A stretch of DNA of 45,791 nt from Nemertoderma westbladi (Eukaryota; Animalia; Xenacoelomorpha): positions 1-45,791 of the forward strand of contig JAUCBJ010004647.1 in NCBI GenBank assembly GCA_032718475.1, in the 5' to 3' direction. Of this stretch, positions 36,210 through 45,791 are shown piece by piece. Position numbers and translations under genes: made by a program. How positions within the stretch are numbered: the first letter of the stretch is position 1; the number at the start of each line of letters is the position of its first letter. The notes under the pieces were generated by a model, which was given only the letters and a program-made list of their open reading frames with translations, made no database searches and was not told where the DNA came from.

Positions 36210-37413
36210 TGTAAAAGCCTTTGCTGAATTGCCCCGTTATTTTTATTATCTTTTACATTAAAATACTCTGTAGTTGATTTAATAAGTGTAAGAGACCGTA
36301 TTATTGCTGTATCGGTGTTTTTAGAGGATCTAAAACCTATTTCCTCCGTATGTGTACTGTGAAAGGCATATTTTGTGATTCTATGGCAATTCGTGACGCA
36401 AAGGGGTGATAGCTACTCTTGAACAGTAGTTACTATGACTACGGTTAACAGCTGACATTCATACGTGTTGATTTCCTTTGTTCTACGGCGTCTCTCAGTT
36501 CAGTCAGCCAATGAGAGCGTTTTTGTGGCTCCTTGTACAGAAAATTTCCGAGAAATGACGCAATGCCTATGTGCAGTGTTTACATTCAGTCTTGAGCCAA
36601 AGAAAGAACGGCTTGGAAGTATTTTGTGCTGTACTGCTTTTTAGTCGTACACTAGTAGGTTTAATTATAAAGGGCATATATCCTTTAACGGACGGACTAC
36701 ATGCCTATATCTCATTGCTGACATACCGGTACTGACTTGTTGTTTTATACTGCTATTTGCTGTCAGTTCTTCATAATATGGTTGATGAATAATTATATTT
36801 GGAATAACGATAAATAACCCCGCAACCCAATATTCTTGATATACCTAAGGTAAGAGAGAAAGGTTACCAATAACGATTGTGACTTATGTTAAAGTGGTTT
36901 GAAGTGAATCTAATGTTATTTGATAGACCCTACATGAGTCAGCCTGTGTTCCTTTTATATGTGACTAAAATCAGTGAAGATTGGCAGATTAGTGTGCAGT
37001 ATTGTGCAGCATTGTGTATGAGTGAGTCTGTTAAAGAAGCAATTCCTAAAGAATGCGCCATATATGTGAATTATAATTAAGCCATATCGTTGTGAGTAGT
37101 TTAAGTCATAACTCTGTTTATATAGATAAAGCGCCACGTCCTAAAGGAACTGTTAATATTACCGAAGGTGAATAATATTGTCAGAGATTATATAATACTG
37201 TCAGTCGAATAATACATTAGGCTTACATAGCAATAAAAATTAAACCGTCGAACCCAATCTCCCGGGAATATCCAGCGGGTGAATGGTCGCGCACGGATTG
37301 GTTTCGACTAGTGTAGTGAATCAAATACTTGTCATAGACTAAAAAGCGATTTATTATCTAGAAGACATTCTAATTTGGCGGGTTAAACTGCCAAAGGTCT
37401 GAAAGCGCGAACA
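36210..37413 (+). repeat. 3' LTR of element B (1204 bp)
   Basis: Direct repeat of 25395-26602. Confidence 0.97.
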
Positions 37414-38073
37414 ACGTGGAATTTTCAGAAAGTCGTTAATTGGATTACGTATGGTGAATTCGATCGTTTCCGAACTGAAAAACGGAATAAAGGAGCTTGG
37501 TTAACCGTCGCATGGGCGTACCGAGCCGCGTTTTACCATAAACGTATACGAGCGAGCGTATTCGAGGAAGAAGAGGTCCTAGAGGCGACAAATATACCAG
37601 CCACTCCGGTTGCGCCGTCTGCACGTCACCCTCGGGAGGACGGACAGGGTAGGATCATACGGGTCCAGAAAGTGGGCCAACAATTAAAGAAAATTATTAA
37701 TGTAGAAGAACGCAAGGGAGTTGAGCCGACCATTCGAGTTACTCGGGATACGGTATCACTTCCAAGAGAACCAGTAGGAGGATCGGGACATACACCAGCT
37801 GATCAACAGGGGGCGCAAGCTACTCTTGGGTCTGCGTCGTCCGCTTCTCGCGCGTTCCCAGACGTTCTACCAACTGTAGTGACGACTGATCGGTCACGAG
37901 GAATCGGTCGAGGTTTTGGGATGCCAAATAGACGAATTTGCGAGGAAATAGTCGCACCGTCTCTCAACGTCCCAAGTAAACCAGTGACTCGCCCCATTAG
38001 TCCCATATCGCGAGCAAAGTCACCTGTGCGCAGTTTTCGAGGACGCGGCAGGGCTCGATCCACTAAGCGATAA
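37414..38073 (+). pseudogene. Extra ORF3 of element A, C-terminal part with basic RG-rich tail
   Basis: Open frame from the TSD (TWNFQKVVNWITYG...) into ORF 37672-38073, ending RGRGRARSTKR; one frameshift is needed at the junction. Confidence 0.65.
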
Positions 38074-38099
38074 AAGGGAGGGCAAGGGTGGACGGAAGA

Positions 38100-38700
38100 C
38101 TCGTGAGCATTTATTATGATTTTGTGATTTATTTGAATTTATATTTATATTTGTGTTTATTCCGAACTTATGCAATTTGTATTGTTCCGAATTTATGAAA
38201 TTTAGAAATAAGAACTTATATTTAGTAAAACTTATATTTAGTAAGACTTATATTTGTAAGAATTTATATTTTATATTTGTGATTATTCCGAACTTATGCA
38301 ATTTATATTATTCCGAACTTATGCAATTTATATTGTTCCGAATATTATGCAATTTATATCTTATAAGCAGTATTTGTATTTACAGTGAAATAGAAAGTAA
38401 GAGTAGATGGAAGACTCGTGGGCCTTTCTTATAGTTTCATTTGTAAAAGTGTTATTTTGTATTTAGAAAGTTTTATAGTTAGAAAGTTTTGTGCTTAGAA
38501 AGACTCATATTTGTAATTATTCCGAACTTATGCAATCTACATTTAGGTACGAAAGTATTTGTAATTACTTGAATTTATGCAATATTTGAGATGCAATAGT
38601 AGATGGAAGACTCGCGAGCCTTTCTTATTGTTTTCATTTATTTGTATTTGTAATTGTTTGAATTTATGCAATATTGAGATGCAATAGATTTATATTGGTG
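38100..38700. repeat. AT-rich degenerate repeats in element A 3' UTR
   Basis: TCCGAACTTATGCAATTT recurs at about 38161, 38287, 38312 and 38521, with variants. Confidence 0.75.
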
Positions 38701-38913
38701 AATTTAATTTAGATTTATATTGTACTTACTTAGTAAAGCCTTAAATACGTAAAGTTTGAATTTGTAATTATTTTTGTATCGAATCATTACGTGGAAAGGA
38801 AGTATTGTTTGAAATTTAATTGTAAATATGTAAGTACGCCCTAAGTATTCTATAGTTTGATTGATTATTGGTGAAAACCGTATATTTTATGCACGATAAT
38901 ATCCTGTTTTCAT

Positions 38914-38920
38914 GGAGCGG
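38914..38920 (+). promoter_or_regulatory. PPT of element A (GGAGCGG)
   Basis: Abuts the 3' LTR start. Confidence 0.65.
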
Positions 38921-40815
38921 TATAGAATTATATTCCCTAAATGCCGTGGATTTTCAAAATTTTATTTTATTCGAATTAACTTTGTAAAGATTGCTTTGAG
39001 TTCTCATTCGTATTGGTTCTATCATTTGTACACCTATCGGTCAAGTGGTTCAGTAGCTCAGTCGGTAGAGCGTTGGAAATTATATGTGTAGTAGGTATTG
39101 AGTTCGAATCCTAGTAAGTGCGAATTATTTTTTGTACAGAATTTCAACTCATTTAAATTAACCGCTACAAATTAATTGCATTTGTCTGTACCAATGAGAC
39201 TGTAGTTATTTGATTGTAACCAATGTCGTGCAAGTTATATATTAGCTGGACCAATAGCTATCTTTAAAACCCCGTTAGAACCTATAGAACAATCGAGAAT
39301 TTTCTCGATTGATTGCGGCACAAATTTAGTATATAAAGGTGCGATTTGTTCATTAGTTACCAATCTTATACTTTACAGATTATATCTCACACACATCACT
39401 TCAATTCTGTCGTGCTTAGTTTATTTCAGATTACATTGTATTATAATTATATCTTCTGTAATAAAGTCAGAATTATCGCTAATCTGCTTTTCTATCTGTT
39501 TTACCATGATTCACTACGGTGAACAAAGTTAAGGGACAGGATGGCCGGCTAGAGATCGGGCCGCAGCAATGAACGGGAACATCACAGGAATGTAGACGAG
39601 AGACAACCCGCAATACCATCTTGAGTTATTCGCCCATCGCCTGAAAGGTTAGACAGCGTTCGACGCCTTGCTACCTAAGTATAAGACCAAAAGATCAAAA
39701 GGTAGAAGTAGTGACACGCTGTGAGCCTAAAATTACACCTTAGGGACTGTACTGTCTTGATTCAGGAAAAACCACAGTAGACCTTCACATTCCTACGGGG
39801 GGGGAGAGCAGGCAGATACTAGTACGCAGATAGGACGTAGGCACACCGGTACGAAGCATACAAATTGGTAGGGTGCAGCAAACTGTACGCCTAACTCTTG
39901 CTAAGTACAGGTGTGTGTGCGACTATTTGTAGTACGACAGTGTCCATTGCATTAGAACTTGTAGGCTAGGGGGGTTGCTGTGTTTTCACCTGAATTGGGA
40001 TTGTACCGTTCAGGCGGTAGGGCAGTTTACAGCTAGGCGCAAATAAATTGAGGCTATTAGGGATATACTAACATCTACCGTGTCCCCGCCAACGCCCTAA
40101 TAGGAAGTTACCCGGACTACCTGGGTGACTAAAATTCTAGATAGGAGCCAGGATAGCTATTAGTAACTGTACGCCTACAGTAGTAAACTAACACATCTCT
40201 TCTTAGTATCAGGGACCTGGTACCTAAAATTGCCGAATTCTGGGCGTAGCATTAACCCTATGCCTGAATTTGAGTCCTGGAAATACGCAAGAGGGGAAGG
40301 AACCTTATCATTCGTGAGTATTGGACCTACAAGTTACAAAATTAGAATATTCGTAAAATGCACACCGTACCCAGTAATTATATATGTGAAGGAGCAAAAC
40401 TGCTTTGACCGTTCAGAATTAACACACGCGCGTTAGAAATTATTTACACCTCAAAATATATAAAATTAACTTTGTCCGTACTGTGCTTTGCCCGCTAGTT
40501 AGACATCTCCAAATCTCTGCCTGTACCTAGCTAGCGTCTCTTCGCCCAACCATATAAATCACACCGCGGCAAAGTGTACGAGCCCCTTAGTCCGTCAGTG
40601 AGTCAGCCTGATTTTAGGATTCGCTGCGCGGGATTTGTTTTATCGAAGTTTGTCTGCTCGTAGACTGTTTTCTGCCTCACCGGTTATAAGAGATCGATAC
40701 TGCAATATATTCGCTTACTTAGAGTTTACTGTTTTGGTGAGAAGGTCGGATTTATGATTTGATTCACAAACTTTACAGTAGGATATTGCAGGTATTGTTA
40801 CCGTCTCTTCCAATA
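38921..40815 (+). repeat. 3' LTR of element A (1895 bp)
   Basis: Direct repeat of 14039-15941. Confidence 0.97.
39047..39133 (+). ncRNA. Second copy of the tRNA-derived Pol III cassette (3' LTR)
   Basis: Matches 14165-14251. Confidence 0.6.
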
Positions 40816-40820
40816 CTGTA

Positions 40821-41738
40821 GAAATTTTATCATCTCATAATGAGCGCTTCATTGGTGCGGTTGTTACACTTAGTAATATGGAAAAACTATTAGTAATTAA
40901 TGTGTACATGCCATATCAGTGTGAAGATAACGAAACATCGTATATAAGTTGTCTCTGTGATATTAAAGCTATATTTGAGGATGTAGCATTTACTTACTTG
41001 TGTGTAATAGGTGACTTCAATGCTCACCCTGACCCTAGCCGGTCATTTCACTTGTTTTTAACAGAATGGTGCAATAATGAAGGTCTACAAATATTTGATA
41101 TCGTTAATTTTCCATCCGACACATTTACGTATATAAGTGATGCTCACTTGACCACCTCATGGCTTGACCATGTTGTTTGCACTCCCTCTACAGGTAGTTT
41201 AATTGAATCTCTTTCAGTGGACTATGTATCTTCCATAAGGGATCACATGCCTATAATTCTTAATTTTTCTGTAACTGTGTGCGTCAGCCCCATTACACAG
41301 CCTGGCCCTGGTCGGCCCAACCCACACCAGCCCACTAAATTGGACTGGGCAGCCACCTCTCCAGAGTCCATTGATACTTTCAAGTATCGTGTGAAAACTA
41401 GTCTTGATATGTATATAATTAACAACAATTTATTAAACTGTATGGACACTAAATGTTCGGTTCATAATGACGATATTGATATCTTGTACAATAGTGTTGT
41501 ATCAATTTTAACTACTTGTGCTGTAGAATGTATTAAATCGAATCCCACTGTAAATTGTAACTCCACCCGGCGCCACATTCCAGGCTGGAATGACCTTGTG
41601 GAGGAGAAACACAGTGAGGCTCGATTAAAATTCCTGTGTTGGAGATCTTCTGGGTCTCCAAGGCAGGGGCAAATATTTTCTGATTACTTAAGTGCTAAGG
41701 CTAATTTTAAGCGTTCCCTTAGGCATGACCTACTATAG
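40821..41738 (+). pseudogene. LINE ORF2 continuation (endonuclease C-half), truncated before RT at about 41724
   Basis: INVYMP, GDFNA, SWLDHV, DHMP, IPGWND; colinear with 6100-6900 up to FKRSLR. Confidence 0.92.
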
Positions 41739-42170
41739 ATACGACCCGCTAAGCTGCTGCAAAGCCCCTAAATTTAGTGGGCCAGTTATATCTCTTAGTT
41801 ATAATCCCTGAAACAATAGGTCTAACGTGTCGAAAGTACTTGTCCCTAACTAAAATTATGTCCTCTTTCAGGTGAGACAAATAAAAATTTAATAGCTCCA
41901 GTAGTTTTCGAGATATGAGGAGTTCCTGGCACCCATGCCATATCAGCACCTTTCAGAATTGAAAAAATACTCAAAATACACCACCCTTCAAAGACTTTGG
42001 TATAACCATACTATGCTTTTTTGGTTTGTTAAATTCATTATTAGTAATCGAAAGCAAGATTAGAAGCAAAAAAGCTTTTATTTTTAATAGACACTAAAAC
42101 AGCACCAAAAATGCAAGTAGCTCAAAATTTTAAAATATCCAAACGTGGTAAATTGGCCACACAATAATAA

Positions 42171-42360
42171 GGATGTATATCTCAGCAATAGAGCAAAAGA
42201 TTTACTGTAATTGTGTTTGACATCCTACCTTGTATGCACTATAGGATGTATATCTCAGCAATAGAGCAAAAGATTTACTGTAATCGTGTTTGACATCCTA
42301 CCTTGTATGCACTATAGGATGTATATCTCAGCAATAGAGAAAAGATTTACTGTAATCGTG
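42171..42360. repeat. 73-bp tandem repeat, about 2.6 copies
   Basis: GGATGTATATCTCAGCAATAGAG starts at 42171, 42244 and 42317. Confidence 0.92.
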
Positions 42361-42374
42361 TGTGGATGGATTTT

Positions 42375-42847
42375 ATAACGCTAATGGAACACTAAACATG
42401 TAGGCCCACGTATGGAGGAATAACGATATGGAACACTAAACATGTAGGCCCACGTATGGAGGAATAACGTTAAAAAGGGACACTAAACAAGTAGGCCCAC
42501 GTATGGAGGAATAACGATATGGAACACTAAACATGTAGGCCCACGTATGGAGGAATAACGCTAAAGGGACACTAAACAAGTAGGCCCACGTATGGAGGAA
42601 TAACGATATGGAACACTAAACATGTAGGCCCACGTATGGAGGAATAACGCTAATGGAACACTAAACATGTAGGCCCACGTATGGAGGAATAACGATATGG
42701 AACACTAAACATGTAGGCCCACGTATGGAGGAATAACGCTAATGGAACACTAAACATGTAGGCCCACGTATGGAGGAATAACGCTAAAGGGACACTAAAC
42801 AAGTAGGCCCACGTATGGAGGAATAACGCTAAAGGGACACTAAACAA
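42375..42847. repeat. 44-45-bp minisatellite, about 10.5 copies
   Basis: ACACTAAACATGTAGGCCCACGTATGGAGGAATAACG repeated with two or three alternating variants and no unique spacers. Confidence 0.95.
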
Positions 42848-43009
42848 TGTGCACAATACGAGTTACACATAGTATATACCGGAATATAGTACTTTTTGTT
42901 TCATAATGGGCTGGCCGGAAATGGGCCAACCAACCCCTCCTATGACTGTATGACGTCACCAAATATATAACTATTATGCAATTTTTAAATAATTTGGAAC
43001 TGAACTAAC

Positions 43010-43636
43010 CTTAACCAAGATGGTTAGGGTATTGGTGTGCCTCCAATCAGCCAATTGATAATTTGACATGTAGATCTGCGTCAACAGTTATACATTCTTG
43101 TAAAGCTGGTGTGTCACTAAAATCCATTTTGTAAACAGACAGCCGTTTACCAGAACTGGTATTATGTAGACGAACCTCGTAATCGGAAAATTCTTTATTA
43201 TCTTCTACATAATCCTCTACATCAGCTAAAGAACTAATTTTAGTCTTCTTTGAGAAGTCTTGAATTTCATCCGGACGGTATATTCGTTTTAATGGCGGTT
43301 TTCTAGGAGTTTGGGGCATTTTGCGCAGCGAAGTTGGAACAGAATCCGGGTGAATCGTGGGAACAGCATCTTTGGATAAAGATGGCCGCTGTTGGTTGCT
43401 ATGAATATATCGCCCGTCGAAATGCAAACTGCAAATCTTAGCGGAAGCCCCTGGAGTCCATAACTGTTCTGTGGAAGACCCTTGCCTAGTCGAACTAATA
43501 AATTCAACCCATTTACAATGGAATGGCGAATCTGGTGGAGGAAATCCGAACATTGAAATGGGTGTCGATTGCGGCAATGTCAAAATGTGCCGCTATAGCC
43601 CGAGCGGCATCCGTAAACACAGGATTTTCCCACCAT
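43010..43636 (-). pseudogene. THAP-domain N-terminus of a P-element/THAP9-like transposase (relic)
   Basis: MVGKSCVYGC (ATG at 43636, frameshift about 43584) ... FGFP..W..ICSLHF..LSKDAVPTI, then ITVDADLHVKL..GTPIP*PSW. Confidence 0.8.
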
Positions 43637-43775
43637 AACTGCTGTGACCACATACAAATACAGTAGTATCATGACTATGTTCAGACCTATAGGCCGGCAC
43701 GGGAGCCCGGGTGGGTGGGCCTTCACCCTAGGTGAGTTCGTAGAGGTGATAATAAATATAGGTTATATCAGTATA

Positions 43776-44162
43776 GGGGCCGTCCAAGTATGACGTCTGC
43801 ATTTTTCCCCAAAATGTTGACCCCCTCCCTCCCCTAAATCAGATGTAATCAGATAGGGGTTGACCCCCCCCCCCCACCCTCCCCTAAATCAGATTAAAAA
43901 AAAATTTCGCGTCCTAATCACTGAAACATGGATGGTGACTGGTAACTGAAACAGAAGGTCGTGCTACGCGCTTTCGGGGGCTTCGAACAATTAAAATAGG
44001 CAAGCTATTTACTCTTCTGCTATATCTCTTCTAGCACCTATAAATGAACATGCTGACGTCAGATTTTGGCTGACCCCCTCCCCTCCCCTCATCAGCACGT
44101 CATCAGATTTTCCCAACCCCCCTCCCCCCCATAAAGTGCTGACATCATACTTGGACGGCCCC
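43776..44162. mobile_element. MITE with 3-bp TSD (PIF/Harbinger- or Zator-type)
   Basis: TIRs GGGGCCGTCCAAGTATGACGTC / GACATCATACTTGGACGGCCCC; ATA on both sides. Confidence 0.88.
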
Positions 44163-44240
44163 ATATTGCTATAAACACATATAGACACCTACCGAAGTAA
44201 TTCAATAATGGAAACGCCTAATCCAGTCAGACTGGTATTG

Positions 44241-45428
44241 GGGTAAATCTTTTCGACCTACGCGTAGGCCTACGCGTAGCTACGCGTAGCTACGCGTAGC
44301 TACGCGTAGTTTGTAACTTCCATTCCTGTCATTTACCGGTAGGGCCAGACTTACTGCCTTTTTAACAACTACGCGTAGGTGTTTTAAAACTACGCGTAGT
44401 TATTTTGGAACTACGCGTAGGTATTTTGAAACTACGCGTAGGTGCTACGCGTAGCTACGCGTAGGTGCTACGCGTAGCAGTCCTGATAACAATGATTTTT
44501 CATTTCAGGTCCGGTAGGGTTGAGTTGTTAGGCAAGTATCGGTATATGTCAGGTATCTGATTATCAGACAAATGTAATAACAGAATCGGAAACTCATATC
44601 TCTACATACAGCACTGGCAGACTGGTAATAAATAATATTCGGCTCTTTCACATACAAACACAGAGGATGAATAAAAAGTAAACTTGAAATTCACGTCTCA
44701 TGATTCAAGTATCTTTGTTTCCATTGGATTATTTAAATATTGAACAGTAGTAAATAAAGCGACCAGTCTACCGGTGAAGAGGTTAAGCGAAAGCTGATAA
44801 ATACTGCATATAATCAAATTGTTTGGTCAAATGACAAGTGCAACCAATCATGGTAGACAATTTAGTCTCCCCTTCCCTTGTCAAGGGGTTAACATATTAA
44901 ATACAGTATATCCTTGCCCTATCGTGAACAAAGGCAATAAAAAGCATAGAGAATCGATAAGAACCATCGGCCTATTTCCTTTGTAACTATTTTTGAACTC
45001 TAAACATTAATTATTAACACATTTTACCGCCCGCAACGCATGAAGTGAAGAATATGTAGTTTTCGCGTATTCCTCTATATAGAGTATACAGGTATAGGAT
45101 ACATTACTGTTGAAAGCATTTGATGGTTGTGGGTTGTTTATTGAACATACCGTATTGTGTCTTATTTTAGTACGACTCGCTTGGAATACGTAAGCCTACT
45201 AATGATAAACGACGTACTGACGTATAGGCATAGTTATGGGTAGCACCTATGCGTAGGTCGCGTAGGACCTACGCGTAGCTACGCGTAGCTACGCGTAGCA
45301 CCTACGCGTAGTTATTGTTAAAACTCTGAAACTGGTGATATATGACCCAATGTTGCGAACTACGCGTAGCTACGCGTAGCTACGCGTAGCTACGCGTAGG
45401 CCTACGCGTAGGTCGAAAAGATTTACCC
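44241..45428. mobile_element. Non-autonomous TIR element with 8-bp TSD (Mutator/Merlin-like; superfamily uncertain)
   Basis: About 70-bp TIRs starting GGGTAAATCTTTTCGACCTACGCGTAGG; TSD TGGTATTG (44233-44240, 45429-45436); arrays of the palindrome CTACGCGTAG. Confidence 0.9.
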
Positions 45429-45791
45429 TGGTATTGACATGCCTATCATCAGATCATCCATGTACCACCACAGTCGCACACGCACAGTAGTGGCACAATG
45501 CAGTGCTGATACTGACATACCACATACGGCAGTACGGAATAATACACTGTATATAGTTGTATAGTAGTATATCCATTTATACAGCAGTACAGAAGAATTA
45601 ATACAGTAGTAATACAATAATACAGTGCGACTGTTATACTATGCAGCCATGGCCATACCAATCCGTAGACCGGTAGGCCTACCAAGGAAGTTGCAGTACT
45701 GTAAAATAGTACCGGTACGTATCGTAAGTACTGGACCAGCTCACTGCAGTAGGTACTGAAATAAAGTACTGTACAAGTTCACTGGCACTTC

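Larger units (their letters stand above)
25395..37413 (+). mobile_element. BEL/Pao LTR retrotransposon B (lacks RT and integrase), nested in element A
   Basis: LTRs 25395-26602 and 36210-37413, TG...CA ends, TSD ACGTG (25390-25394, 37414-37418). Confidence 0.95.
14039..40815 (+). mobile_element. BEL/Pao LTR retrotransposon A (RT-less; about 14.75 kb without the nested element)
   Basis: Direct repeats 14039-15941 and 38921-40815; 5-bp TSD CTGTA (14034-14038, 40816-40820); gag, protease and integrase motifs. Confidence 0.95.

Noticed and set aside
41724-41750. CATGACCTACTATAGATACG as a P-element-like TIR truncating the LINE
   Set aside because: Plausible given the nearby THAP relic, but no matching inverted end or TSD was found in the window
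42375-42847. CRISPR-like periodic array
   Set aside because: Units are contiguous with no unique spacers, there are no cas genes and the context is eukaryotic; it is a minisatellite

Overview
Eukaryotic, probably invertebrate, AT-rich DNA made almost entirely of transposable elements; no intact host gene is supported. The core is a four-level nest. An APE-RT LINE (about 12434-41723) is split by a 26.8-kb BEL/Pao LTR retrotransposon (14039-40815, TSD CTGTA, 1.9-kb LTRs with unusual TA...TA ends). That element's extra zinc-knuckle ORF is split by a second BEL/Pao element (25395-37413, TSD ACGTG, 1.2-kb TG...CA LTRs), whose ORF is in turn split by a 5'-truncated RTE LINE (32391-32961). Both LTR elements lack reverse transcriptase yet have near-identical LTRs and intact TSDs. 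The strongest signal is that neither has a tRNA-type primer-binding site. In each, the 11-12 nt directly after the 5' LTR are the reverse complement of a segment inside the element's own LTR, and the match ends exactly at the LTR boundary. This is a candidate tRNA-independent self-priming system in BEL/Pao elements. Flanks hold a second decayed LINE, Helentron/HINE-like elements, a THAP transposase relic, two MITEs and tandem repeats. All calls were made by eye, without database searches.
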